Of a DNA stretch of 64,000 nt, positions 14,359 to 28,344 are shown piece after piece. Within the stretch, counting starts at the first letter, position 1; each line of letters begins with the position of its first letter. The notes under the pieces were generated by a model. The model worked only from the letters and a program-made list of their open reading frames with translations, made no database searches and was not told the DNA's origin. The position numbers and the translations under genes were made by a program. The stretch is from Octopus sinensis (lineage: Eukaryota). The stretch is taken from NCBI RefSeq assembly GCF_006345805.1, contig NC_043006.1:89528001-89592000 (forward strand). Reading direction: 5' to 3'.

Positions 14359-14628
14359 AGGTGTGGCTATGTGGTAATCACATGGTTTCAGGTTCAGTCC
14401 TTCTACATGGCACCAAAGGGCAAGCATGTCTTACCAGTCCTGGTGCCATGTAAAAAAGCGCCAGTGCTCTCTGTAAAGTAGTTGGCATTAGGAAGGGCAA
14501 CCAGCCATAATAACCATGCCAAAACAGACAATGGAACCTGCTGGCGCTCCTGGCCTTATCAGCTCTATCAAAGAGTCCAACCCACATCAGCATGGAAAAT
14601 GGAGGTTGAATGATGATGATGATGATGG
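14359..14628 (+). mobile_element. SINE with tRNA-like head and RTE-derived 3' tail ending in (GAT)n
   Basis: The head gtgtggctatgtggt...ggttcagtcc...ggcacc is shared with other SINE copies. The tail tccaacccacatcagcatggaaaatggaggttgaat(gat)n matches the RTE 3' end. Confidence 0.65.
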
Positions 14629-17600
14629 TGATACAATGGGCTTTCTGTTTCTCTCCATCTGTCTGTCTGTCTGTCTCTCTCATATACACACACACACACA
14701 CACACACACATACATACATACATATTTGTAGGTGTGTATATGTGTGTAAAAGCATCTGACCTTGTGGTTAGAGTGTCACACTCATGATTCTAAGATTGTG
14801 GTTTTAGGTTCCAGACCAGAGATGTGCTATGCTCTTGTGCAAGACACTTCATTCTGCGTTGCTCCTGTTCACTCAACTGTAAATGGGTAGCACTGCAATT
14901 TACCAGTATGCCATTCGGGGACACTGTTGGCCTGCTCCCTTAGGTAGCTGCCTGTATTCCATTGAACAGCTAAAACAATGTGCTTTCTCCCAGGGAGACC
15001 ATTGGTGTGTAATAACATCTGACAAGTTGGTCAGTACAGTAACCCAATGGTGTGTGCGTGTCTGTGTGTGTTATTGACTCCTTGCTTTGACATTACATGA
15101 GAGTTTTAAAGAGTGTTCCATTTTATTTCCAGCCTCCTGTGAAAATATGTCAAGTCAAGGGAAAATATTATTCAACTTTGAAACAGATGAGATTTGGCAA
15201 GAGGACAACTTCCTATAAGAAAATTCACCTAAACAAATTCTGCCTGACCTGTGTGAACAAGGAATGGTGGATGCGAAAATGAGAATGGTAGATTCTCTTT
15301 CCTCTGTTAGCAAAGCCAACTAAGTAGACATATCCATCCCTTTCCCTCTCATTCTCTCATTATCTATGTTGTATCCATTTACGGTAAGGGTTATGCATAG
15401 GACTACTATGCTTAACCCTTTCTGCTTTTCCACAATGTCAGCCCTCTGAAATTTCCCCCTGGCTCATGTTTTCATTACAAGTGTTGAGTTACAAGGAAAA
15501 CATAACTGGCATCAAGTCTCACTTCCCATTGCAGCCCCTTTCCGGAACATACCCATTTCCGTACAATATCTCCATTACACCTACATTCATTTGACTGTCA
15601 ACCATATGATGGGTCATGTGAGATGCTGTGCTGACCGCTGCAAAGGAGAGTATATCCACTGACAACTTTTCAGTATGTCTCAAGAATCATATCTCATCCC
15701 TCCACCCCCAATTTTTCATGACAAGTTAGGGTCTGGAATACTCCAAACTGACGCATGACATGTCACTCATTTCAATTAGTCCACTATTTACTCCACAAAT
15801 GCTTTATTGTCAATGCTGCACTTACCCATATCACCTGTTTCAACACACCTGTAATATATATACAAACTACACCATTTTAATCCCAAGCAATAGCGGGTAT
15901 CTCTACAAGTATATATTTATACCATCATCATCATCACTTAATGTCCATTTTCCATGCTGGCATGGGTTGGGCAGTTTGACTCACACCAGGCTCCACTGTC
16001 TGATATGGCATGGGTCTATGGCTGAATACTCTTCCTAATGAACAACCACTTTACAATATATATATTTATACACACACGGTCACACACACACATATGTATA
16101 CACACACACACACACACACACGTGTGTCATATGAGTCATATGAGTGGTTACACACACACACACATGTGTGTGTATGTGTATAGCCACTCCATTTTGCTTA
16201 GAGTTACTGTACATAATGATTATTAGTTTGGTGTAAGCATTTGCAGTTTGTTGTAAGTATAAGTAGAAGAGTGGTTTTTTATTTGCAGTGAGAAATTCAA
16301 ATCATACAAGTGATATAGTTTAGTGAAAATGTGCTGCCATTCAAAAGAAAACCAACAAACCATTCCAGGCTAAGATGTATCTAAGATGTTATAAGAACTC
16401 ATTACTAAAGAAAAGTGAGTAGTGCTTTTAACAAGCTATAGTGGACAGTTGTTTTGGTAAATACCAGCATTTGTGTAATGTGTTAAAGTACATATATTTT
16501 CATTGTATAACAGTTTCCTAATGATAGACATGAAATACAAGTAATATTTAATTTTTAATCTTAGCAAATGAAAAATCTAACATCAAGGAGAAGGTGAAAT
16601 AATATATCATGATGAAATTATGCAACTATGGCGGAAAAGAACATATTATAGAGCAGCTGTAAGGAAAGACAAGGTTAGGGATAAAATGATATATAATAAA
16701 TAGTGTAGACTATTATGCGTTATTGATACTTTATGGTATCTATAATAAAGCTAAAAGGATACATCATGATAAAGCTAAGATGATTTGAAATAATGAAATA
16801 GTAAAACGATATATCAATGATGAATCTGATAGAATCTGAACGTGATTCATTGTGATCAAACTAAAATGATGCTGATGAATATAAAATGCCACATCACAAT
16901 GAAAGTAAAAATCATAAAATTTTTCGAGAAGGTAAATGAAAAACTGCAACAAAAATATTATTAATGTTGGAAAAGAAACAAATTTGTTATGCAAGAAGTA
17001 ATAAAAGTGTGCTTAGTGTGTAATGAAGGTACAGGACAAGTGATCAAAGGTCCAGAGTTCAACCATTTTGCTAACATAGAATAAATCACAGTTAAAGAAG
17101 AATATTGTTCTACAAGCCAAAGATGGATCATCTAGAAATAGTAGCTAAATCTTCCTCAACACCACCACCAATGGCACCCTTTTAGAAAGTGTCTTCTACT
17201 ATAAACTTAGATTAACTAATACCTTATAAGTTAATTTGATAAATGGAAACTGTGTTGCATCCCTTTGTTTGGGTGTGTGCACACAAATCTATATAGTTTT
17301 TGCATCCTATATTCCACTGAAAAAGAAATTGGTGACTGCAAGGCTACAGCAGAGGCTGGTTGTCCAAGGTCCTGCAATTTGTGATTGAGTTTGAAAGCAA
17401 TATGGTTTTGAATCAAGCCAAACTTCTCAACCACAAAGCCAAGCCTTCACCCATTTACTATAGACCAGGTTCCTTTTGCAATCACAAGATTCAAGAAAAC
17501 TGAGGTGCCTCAGTAATATTACAAAAGACAGAGATTCATCGATGTGTACAATATAGGCAATAGTTTAAAATAAAAGGAAAATATTTTACATAAGAAAATA

Positions 17601-17666
17601 TATGCATTTATTTTAAGAGAGATTTTGGTCACTTTTCATGATGTCCTGTTAAATGTTTATCTATAA

Positions 17667-17992
17667 CAGGGCTGGCCAACGTGAGGCCTGTGATCCACAT
17701 GTGGCCCACAGATTTTTATCTTGTGGTCTGCTTGATACTTTCTTGAAATGGGTTTATTTAAACAAACATTAAAAAAATTTTATCAAAAATTAAAGATTAT
17801 AATGAAAAGTAAAACAGAAGGATATGACTGTTTTTGCAATGATAATATGTTGAATCAACGATCGTTCATTCGTTATTGTAATAATAGTACGAGAAAGCAA
17901 AATGCTTCCAATTCTGTCAGTATACAAGCAGCCCTCAAAAAACTTTCTGCGATTAAAGTGGCTGCCAATGTAATTTGAGTTGGCCAGGCCTG
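17667..17992. mobile_element. hAT-superfamily MITE (326 bp)
   Basis: TIRs are cagggctggccaac and gttggccaggcctg (1 mismatch in 14). A perfect 8-bp TSD, ATCTATAA, lies at 17659-17666 and 17993-18000; 8-bp TSDs are typical of hAT. Confidence 0.9.
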
Positions 17993-18229
17993 ATCTATAA
18001 TTAGGATTATGGTTTTAACTCCAAATCTTAATTACACATTAAAATATGCTTTTATACATTAACTCCCAGTTTTAAATATATAAATAATGTGTTTGTGTTT
18101 GTGAGTAATATTTCAATTATATTTTTATAAATCCAGATATATATAAATACACATACATAGATATGTATATACATATGTGCGTGTGTGTGTGTATGTGTGT
18201 GTGTTCGTGCATACATACACATACTTGTA

Positions 18230-20021
18230 CAGGGTGTCCCAAAAGTCACTGAGAGGGTTTCAATTTCTAATAACTTCCTTAACTGCACAAATAAATGCAT
18301 GGAATTTTGATACAATATAAGGGATATAATGGAAATTAATATGCCTCAGTCGAATTTTATAACACCCCTACATCACATGAAAAATGACATTGCTTAAATG
18401 GCAGCCATTTCTGGCTTCACACACTGTGGAAGGAACCTGTGGAAGAGGTAGACCTAGGAAGACATGGGATGAGATGGTGAAGCATGACCTTCAAACACTG
18501 GCTCTCACAAAGTCAATGACAGGAGAGCGAGACCTTTGGAGATATGCAGTGACTGAGAAGACCTGGCAACTAAAGTGAGATCGTAGTCATGACCGATGCC
18601 AGTGTTATATGTTCAGCCCATTTTAGAGTATCCTTGGGCAATTTTATGTGCTTGAGAAGACCTAATGAGTCAAGTAAAACCAAAATCATAGCTGTAGCCA
18701 GTGCCCCCAACTGGCTTCCATTTCGGTGGCACATAAAATGCATTATCTGTGGTCAATGCCAGTGTCCCCTGACTGGCTCCCGTGCTGGTGGAATATAAAA
18801 AGAACTATCTGAACATGATCGGTACCAGGCCCACCTGACTAGCTCCTGTGCCGGTGGCACGTAAAAAGCACCTACTACACTCTTGGAGTGGTTGGCGTTA
18901 GGAAGGGCATCTAGCTGTAGAAACATTGCCAGATCAGTCTCTCTAGATGTCAGTCAAACCGTCCAACCCATGCCAGCATGGAAAATGGATGTTAAACGAT
19001 GATGGCGATGATGATACCCATGCTCTTTCCAAAACGTGCACCATAACACCATCAAGAGTTTCAGACCCCACTTCTCTGATTTCTCTATTGACACAGTTGC
19101 ACCAGTGTCTCTGGTTTGTTGATGTAAACCCTCTCTTTCTGGTATCCCCACAAGAAAAAATCCAGGCTAATCAAGTTTGGGGAACGTGAAGGCCATTCAA
19201 AGTAGACCTCACACATGGTTCCAGTAAGATGGGGCAACTGCTCATACTGCAAGAGAAACAATGCAGTTGCTATGGCAGTGTCTTGGAGACAGAATAATCT
19301 CCCACTACAGCAATGTCAACTGGCCTTCATGTTCCCCAAGTTAAGACATGTCCATCGTCACTACAAGCCTGAATTTTATTACCCAACAGAACTGATATGG
19401 TCTGATATTTAATAGTTGTTGAAAACATTTGATGTGTACAAATGGGGAATTAAAACCTTTCATGTAGAGACATAACATAAGCAGCCAAATGTTCCTGATT
19501 GTGATCAATAATAATATCACCATCAGATTCTCTGAGAGCAGATGTTGTATTTTCTTCATAATTAATCATTAAAAAGAAAAGAAGACGATAGAAATTTACA
19601 AAAAGGATTTTACAATTAAAGGTAAATGGAAATAACTTTTTTATCACAAATTAGTGAATGAAGTTCCCTAGCCCAAATTTTTTCTTGTGGGAATACCTGA
19701 AAGAGAAGGCTTACATTAACAAACCAGAGACCCTGGTGCAACTGAAGGAGAACATCAATAGAGATATCAGAGAATTGGGGTCTGAAACTCTTGATGGTGT
19801 TGTGCAAGTTTTGGAAGGAGCCTGGGCGTGTGAAGCCAAAAATGGTTGCCATTTAAGTGATGTCATTTTTTATATATTATGTAGTGGTGTTGCAAAATTT
19901 GACTTGTGCATATTAATTTCCATTATGTCCTTTATATTGTACCAAAATTGCATGCATTTTTTTTTAAAGTTAAGAAAGTTTTTAAAAATTGAAACCAATC
20001 AGTGACTTTTGGGACACCCTG
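18230..20021. mobile_element. Rearranged Tc1/mariner-superfamily element; both arms carry the transposase 3' end
   Basis: Perfect terminal match cagggtgtcccaaaagtcactga / tcagtgacttttgggacaccctg, flanked by TA. Plus-strand remnants are WFQ*DGATAHTARET...NWPSCSP (about 19213-19340) and FFLWEYLKEKAYINKPETL...GCHLSDVIF (19670-19870). A minus-strand remnant WPSRSPNLISLDFFLWGY lies at about 19030-19198. Confidence 0.9.
18421..19015 (+). mobile_element. 5'-truncated RTE LINE 3' fragment nested in the left arm of the mariner
   Basis: Encodes TVEGTCGRGRPRKTWDEMVKHDL...RDLWRYAV, then 3' UTR repeats and a (gat)n tail. Mariner homology resumes after 19015. Confidence 0.85.
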
Positions 20022-23000
20022 TATATATATTATGTATTTAATATATTTTGATGTAAAATATTACCAAGTTTTAAGCGTTTGGTTGTAAATTATATTTCTC
20101 TTATTAAAGAAAATATATTTTCATACATAGAGGCTTGAGGTCTTAAACCACTAAATTGCAATTATGTACAAAAATACGTTTTTAAAGAGAAACTTCATTC
20201 ACTAATTTGCGATAAAGTGTCACCTAAAGTTATTTCCATTTACCTTTAATTGTAAAATCCTTTTTGTAAATTTCTATCGTCTTCTTTTCTTTTTAATGAT
20301 TAATTATGAAGAAAATACAACATCTGCTCTCAGAGAATCTGATGGTGATCTTATTATTATTGATCACAATCAGGAACATTTGGCTGCTTATGTTGTGTCC
20401 CTACATGAAAGGTTTTAATTCCCCATTTGTACACATCAAATGTTTTCAACAACTATTAAATATCAGACCATATCAGTTCTGTTGGGTAATAAAATTCAGG
20501 CTTGTAGTGACGATGGACATGTCTAAACTTTTTATTTATATTTTAACTTGCTTGGTAACTGTGAGGAGCAGAGCCCATTTAGGGTTAGCTGCACTCATAC
20601 CACCTCTACTCACGCATTCTCAACCCACTCATCACTCCCCTCCTGATAAATCTGGTTGTGCTGACTCCTCCACACCATCACTACCACCACCACCAGGACT
20701 GACACTAATCCCTATCCCTTCCAGGATGTCATAAAATGTTATCTATTAGGAATTCCCTTGCTGTTCATGTCTTTCCTCATGGGTGTTGACTTACCAAAGT
20801 TCAAGAGGAACACTAATGGCATCACTCTTACCAGTCTAAGAGCCCCCCCACCCCCACAGAGGTTATAGGCACTGCTTTCTCTCTTCTCCAGACAAGACAT
20901 ATCCCTCATCAATACTAACTTAAATTTACTATTTATTGAAACAGACAGAGTCTAAGATTTCAACCTTCACATTACTCAAAAAAGTGATTAAAGTTATTAC
21001 AGTCATTGCTTTTGTTCACAAGCATTTCATAACATTCCTGCTTTCTGAGAATTTTTTCAGTTTCAAGCTCTTTTGTTGGGATGCCGGCAGCTACATTTCA
21101 AGGGCTTCTATCATTGCCTACTGCTGGCCTATCGGCCTTGGCAATACTGGACTGAGTGCTTCATGCTAAGAGAACTCTGATTACAGTGGTAGGTTGTATT
21201 TAGCTATTTACAGTGAGATGGATCTTGTGAATCTACCTGGTCATCTAGAGGCCCCTATCCCACTCACATGTTTCTTTGTCCCCCTCACATTGTGGGTACA
21301 TATCAACATCTCATCACCATCCTCTTCTTTCCTTTTCCAGCTGGGGTAGCCACATATCATCTCTTTTGCAGCCAGATACCCATTCCTATCTTTTTATGAT
21401 ACTCTTGCCTCTCTCAACACCTAGCATAAGATAACACCACCACCACCCGTCCAATACTACATCCTACCCACCCACTCCCTCAAGGGGTCTTTGTCCAGCA
21501 AACTACCTGGTGACCTCACTAGTGCTGGTGACACGAAAAAGCACCCCAGTACATTCTGTAAAGTATTTAGTCATAGAAACAAACATTGGAGCTTGACACT
21601 GACCTCTGACCTATCAGGTTCTGTCAAACCATCCTAGCAATGCCAGCAGGGAATATGGACACTAAATGATGATGATGGTGGTGGTGGTGGTGGTGGTGGA
21701 TAATACCCAAACACCCTCAACCATCAATTCAACATTTCTCCAGTTACTAGGCACAAATCATCTACTTTTGGGCTAATATGCAAACATCCAATTAATTTAG
21801 ATTAATAAAGAAGTCAGGTAGTCTAGTGATTAGGTAACTAGGTTCTTGATCATAAAGGTACGGGTTCTATTCCTGGTCAGAGAGGCATGCTCTGTGTCCT
21901 TGGGCAAAGCATTTTATTTCCCATTACTCTTGTCTACTTAGTTGGTAAAAATCAGTATTAAAACTTGCTTCCCAATCATGTGTCTTGTGTTCAGCCTCAC
22001 AGCATGGCTCGTTGGATGTGTGTCTTTGACCATAGCTCTGGGTTGACCAAAGTCATGTGAATGGATTTGGTAGGCACAAGCTGTAAGAAGCCCATTGTAC
22101 ATGTCAATATTATGAATGTATGTGTGTTTGTATATGTTTGTCTTTCATCACATGACAGTTGTCAATGAGCATCCTCTTTGTACAAGCAGGGTTGTTCGTT
22201 TCCAGTCTGCCCTGAAAACATGTCTAGTTCTGGGAAAAAAATATTATCTTGCTTGGAAACAGGCAGCAGGAAGGATACCCAGTCACAGAAAAATGTGCCT
22301 TCATAAATTCCATCCAACCCATGCAAACATGGCAAAGTGGAAGTTAGATGATGATGTTGATTAACAGAGTGCTTGGTCAGTGTCAAGTTAATTAATAAGT
22401 CAGAAGTATAATAAAAAGCTTTCGGGTATGAAGAAGGATTCATACAGCAACAGACTGACATATCGTGACTTTATTTTTTTACCAAGCCCTAATATTTAAA
22501 GGAATGATTGGAAAAATATCTTTGCAAAGTGATTACATAAAACACTGATTATTCTATCCCTCCACTCAAAAATAATACAGAGACAGACAGACAGACAATT
22601 TCCCAGTTAAATGCAATGTAAATCATTGTTTTTTTTTGTATGTTTATTTAAAAGAAATTATAAAAATTTCATAAAATAGAATCCTTATTATGTCTCAAAT
22701 AATTATTTCTTTTATAATGGAAACACAATCTTTTGGTATCACAGACATTTTAAACTATGGTAAATATGACAATAAACAGGTGGCAGAAATTAAGAAAACA
22801 TTTCACTATTCTAGAATTTTCTAATAATCTAAGAACCATATATTCTACTCTTTTCTTAAATATTTATTTTCCTTGAGGGATAAAAGAGAAAAAGAGAGAA
22901 ATAAGTTAGAGATTAACATAATGGCTACAGGTTAGCTTGTGTTTGTCAAGAAGTTTAGTAATCTAAATTCCAAGTAAATATTTCATTTGAGATTAAAAAA

Positions 23001-25849
23001 ATGTAAATAAATAATGTCAGATAAATATTTTCCTGAAGTAATCTGTTGTAATATTTTCCCATTGAATAAGAGTTAAGTATATGGCAAGTAAAGAGTGCAA
23101 TAAGTTTTCAACTCTCAGTGGAAAAACAAGAACATGGCCCCATTAAAATGTAGGGCATTTATTTCCAAAGTAAAATAAACAAAATTTATTTTGGTCAAAA
23201 ATTATCTTGTTCCTATATTCAAAGTTCATATCCTACCTCTGAACATTTTGCCTTCCATATCTACAGAGTTTGATCAAATAATAAGTACTGTATTCATGTC
23301 AGTTCCATCACCAATACTCTTTCTCCAAAATGAGGGCTTGTGGTTTTGTGGTTAGGATTTTGGTTCATCACCATAAAGTTAATGGTTTCATTTCTGGAAC
23401 AAGGAGTACGTTGAAACAAGGCACTTCATTTCACATTGCTCCTGTCAACTCAGTTGCATTGAGTATCAGATGGTACTAGTGCAGACCTTTTACTCTCTTC
23501 AGCTGTCAATTCTTGGATGTTCTGTTGGATCAAGGGTGATATGGGAGGTCGGGTAAGAGGGTGTCTCTATGTCTGCTGGTGACTAAGTACCAAAAATATT
23601 TAGCAAAAGAATGGCACATATTACCAAGCCTCCCATGCTCACAAATGATGGTTGGCTGTGCTTTTGTTCATTCCTTATCACCATTACCATCATCATTTTA
23701 ATATTGATCTTTTAATACTGCTTGAATAGGTCAGATGGAATTCCTTAAAGTAGAATTTATTCAGCCAAATGTCCTTCCTGTGGAACTTTTCTCACTTGTT
23801 TCCAAGCAAGGTCATATTCCCCCAAGGCCAGACATGTTTCCATGGAAGGTTGGAAATGAACAGAACACCACTTGTATGATAGTGGCTCTCATTTACTACT
23901 CTGTCACATGATGTCAGGATAAAGCACACACACTTGCACACACACATGCATACACACACACACACACACACAGAGGTTTTTCTAAGAATGGGCAAAAGAA
24001 ACTGATGCATATTTTCCAAATCCATTTGCAAGACATTCCAAAGATTCTCCATCTGAGATTCTTGAAACGAATGTATGCACTGTGTGCATCAACAGAGACA
24101 CATGTGAAAAAAGTAATGATACACACAGTCTCATATATGCACACACACACACACACACTCACACAGAGTCTCACACACAAACACCTCACACAGTACATAA
24201 ATGCAAGTCAATACTCAACCTTAGATTTACAAACCCTGGGAACTCTCTTAACTCAGAAAATTTTGTCATTTTGTTAGGTTCAACTACATTAAGAACTTGA
24301 ATAAATCTCAAAGGGAAACATATATACCTGACAAGCTTCTTTCAGTTTCCATCTACCAAATTCACTCACAAGGCTTTGATCAATCCAGGATTGTAGTAGA
24401 AGATACTTGTCAAAGATGCCACACAGTAGGATTGAACCTTATAAAAATTAGCTTCCCAGATCCCGGTAGAACCGTCCAACCCATGCTAGCTTGGAAAACG
24501 GACATTAAACGATGATGATGTTCTGAGTTCAAACAAACTAAATTCCTTTTGACATAATATTTTCTTTAAAATTGTATTCTTTTGAAATGTTCAAACTTGA
24601 ATTTTGTAAATTCATATGGACACCCACATTTCTGTTTGAAATAACTGTTTTACTTCACTTTGCTGATAATGCATTTCCTTTCTTTCTTCCTTTTCTTTTC
24701 TTTTTTCATGGAAAGGTATTTTAACTTCTCATTGCTAAAAATCTCAAACATTCTGATCAGAAATTGTTCTTCTAAGGATTTCTAACACTGGAATTTGACT
24801 CTTATGGCTTTCCATGTTTAAGAGCAGTTATGACAGTTTGGATCAGTCTTAGAACTTGATAGACATTTAATTTATTGGGCCCAAGAAGGATGAGCTGATG
24901 TTAGTGAGATTTGAGCCAGAAACATAAAGGCAATCAAACTGATTCTCAATTTATACTGCTACAAGGGGATGAGGTGACAGGATCATTAGCATGATGGGCA
25001 AAATGCTTAGCAGCATTTCATTCATTATTACGTTTTGAGTTCAAATTCTGCTGAGGTTGCCTTTCATCCTTTGAAGGTTGATAAAATAATTACCAGTTGA
25101 GTACTGGAGTTGATGTAAATGGCTTGCCCCCACCGTGCCCTCCGCTGAAATTGGTGGCCTTGTGCCAAAATTTAAAAGCAGTTTATACTGCCATGCATTG
25201 CTCTGAGTAAACAAAAGAGCTTGCATACCTCACACACACACATCTATTTTTATATATCTACACTCTCTTCATTATCATCATCGTTTAATGTTTGCTTTCT
25301 ATGCTGGCATTGGTTGGATAGTTTGACTGAGGACTGGCAAGCCAGAGGCTGAACCAGGCTCCAATCTGATCTGGCAAGGTTTCTAAGCTGGATACCTTTC
25401 CTAACACCAACCACTCTGAGAGTGTAATGGGTGCTTTTTATGTGCCACCGGCACAAGGGCCACTCAGGCTGTACTGGCATCGACCATGTTTGAATGGTGC
25501 TTTTTATGTATCAGTGGCATGACGGCCAGTCAGGCAGTACTGGCAATGACCATGCTCAAATAGTGCTTTGTACGTGACACTAGCACAGGAGCCAGTCAGG
25601 TGGCACTGGCGATGACCACACTGGAATGGTTGCTACAATCACACAACAAGGGTCACTACATTTTTCTAGACGCATAAAAATATTTCAAAAACTTGGTGTA
25701 AATATCTTTCCTGTCATCATAACCGTACACTGTTTTATTTAACAACAAAACAAATATTTTTGTATTTAAAATATCAGACAGGTTTCTTATTCTTGCATTC
25801 ATCAATATCAGTTTGACCAAATTGTTTTGTGGTAACAACCCAAACAGCA

Positions 25850-25898
25850 TGCATGCATACATACACACACTTACACACACTGACATACATACACACAC

Positions 25899-25929
<31 letters not shown>

Positions 25930-26777
25930 CATACATACATACATACATACATACATACATACAAACAAAATACATACATACAAAATACATATATACATAC
26001 ATATGTTTGCACATATATATGGAGATACATAGAACGATAGATTGGATAGATAGATAGATATTGCATTTAAACCAAAGTTGTATGGATGTATGATCTAAAC
26101 TACAAGAAGAGTTATATCAAGTCACTTTCAATTTTGTTCTAACTTTGAACAATGTGTGTGTGTGTGTGTAGTATCATATAGTGAAATATATACACATGTG
26201 TATGCTTACAGGTATATATATGCATAACATATATACACTCACATACACACAAAAATAGACACAAACAAGTATGTGTATATAAATACTCATATACAATACA
26301 AACAGAAATGTATAAAGATATATATAAATGTATACATATACGCAAAGACATGCACAAATACACAAGCACACATATAAGTATATATATATAAATAAATATA
26401 CATGCATATAAATACATATGCATATATATATATACACACACACATTACATGAGAATATAGACACATTTTATTGTCTGTGTGGATATTACAGTAATCTTCA
26501 GCCTTTTAAAATCTTCTAATGGCAAACTATAACACTGATTGTGTTTGTGTGTAAAGTTTCTCTGAAGGACATATTTTTTCCTCCATTTATTTTCTTTTTT
26601 CTTAATTATAAAATTTAAAATACATGGAGCCAATGCTTCCAACAGAAATAAATATAAAATAATCTTTATTCAAAGCAATTTTTTCTGGATTCCATTCAAT
26701 AACTTCAAACAAATATTTTATTCTATATGTTGTGTTGGTTTGTGTGTGTGTGTGTGTGTGCATGTGCGTGTGCATGC

Positions 26778-26818
<41 letters not shown>

Positions 26819-27028
26819 AACCCACACACACACATACATACACATATATATATGTACACACACATATACATAATATACATGCATATATGGATATATCCAC
26901 ACACACACATACATATATACATATTCCCATTGTGTACAGTATGTCTGCACATGTGTATATTTATTGGTCACATGTAAGTAGATATGTATATATTTCAAAG
27001 ATATGAACAAACACATTTTTAAAAATCC

Positions 27029-27065
<37 letters not shown>
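25850..27065. repeat. Cluster of (TACA)n, (GATA)n, (CA)n and (TA)n microsatellites and their degenerate forms
   Basis: Directly visible. It accounts for the many CV/YI/HT-rich ORFs in the track. Confidence 0.95.
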
Positions 27066-28306
27066 ATACTTGCTCACTCACATACACATATTTGTTTTAG
27101 GCATTTAAATATGACTTTGGAAAAGTTTTTATTTGTCACATTTTTGCTGACTTTAGAATCTAAAACAAAAAAGTTTTCTATTTCTTTGCTAAAACTAAAT
27201 GACAATACATTTATTAATCTATAAGTGGCTACATGTCCTTTACGCAGCTCCATAATATTCCCTTTTATCTGAAATATCAGAAATGGTTTTAACAGCAGCA
27301 ATAACAACAACATCAGAAACAATATCATCAACAACAACTGCATGTTAGTGAAAAGAATTGTAAGCTTTCAAGCTTCTGTGAGAAATGCTTAATGGGGTGG
27401 ATTTGTCTGTTGGCAAGGTGAGCATAGTTAGAAAAGATAAGCAATCAGGTAAAATCATAACTCTGACAATGACTGAGTGGGCTTAGGAAATGACTCAGGA
27501 CTCCTGCTGCAAGAAAACTTAATAGTAAAACGGCTGGTAATGGAGTAGGCCATGAAATTCCAATTGATAAAACTTACTTTGCAAGTTACAAAAACATTCA
27601 GTATGTAAAGGATTCATTTTTTAAGTGGTGGAGAAAGACAAGCCCAAATCTTTATTGATTAAATATAGAATGTAGTGGGGGAGTAAACCTGATGTTAATG
27701 AATAGAGTGGCAAGTTCATCAAATCCAAGCATGTTTCAGACAGATTAGACCTCATCAGTGAGACATAATGAAAGAGGTTCAGCTATCACATGCAACATGA
27801 ATGAATTAGTAAGTCAGATATAACATGAAGGAATTTATGAGTTAGATGTAAAATAAAGGAATTTATGAGCCAGAATGAAGTGTGTTAGGTCTCTTGATTT
27901 TATTCTCAACATCAATCACCCATGAGTGAGAGGAATTTCGCTCTGCTGAGCCAGGAATTTCAATCCATTGTCTCAGCTTTGGTAGACCCTTGTTTTCATG
28001 CTGAGCATCTCTGCAGATAGCATTCATATAGTTCAATGGTTATTGTCCCCTAATAAAGAACAGATTTACATCTGCCAGCAGTCATCATTTCTCTAATTTG
28101 TCTTGTGCTTTTCAAAACAGGATTTCAAGATAATACAGAGCTGTAAACAGTGGAAGCACTGCAAAATTAACGAGGTCTTTACTGAAACTGAATGCAGCTT
28201 CAAGTTTTTGATTTAGGGCCAATTTTAGTTAGACAGTGTGAATAACTGTCATGGTAAAACCACCTACAACCACCAGTACCACCACCATCACCACCAACAA
28301 CAATAC

Positions 28307-28344
<38 letters not shown>

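Noticed and set aside
14359-14420. tRNA-like sequences at SINE heads
   Set aside because: They have degenerate A/B-box-like motifs without a complete cloverleaf and are joined to SINE bodies, so they are not tRNA genes.
16817-16875. C/D snoRNA-like arrangement (ATGATGA...CTGA...CTGA)
   Set aside because: The terminal stem is weak, I recognise no rRNA or snRNA complement, and these motifs are expected by chance in AT-rich DNA.
27190-27275. Minus-strand acceptor followed by IKGNIMELRKGHVATYRLIN
   Set aside because: No similarity to THUMPD3 or any family I recognise, and the donor site is weak.
25656-27343. Many ORFs rich in CV, YI and HT, including a DIDEC motif
   Set aside because: Microsatellite artefacts. 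DIDEC is followed by a stop within 7 codons and has no EGF cysteine pattern.
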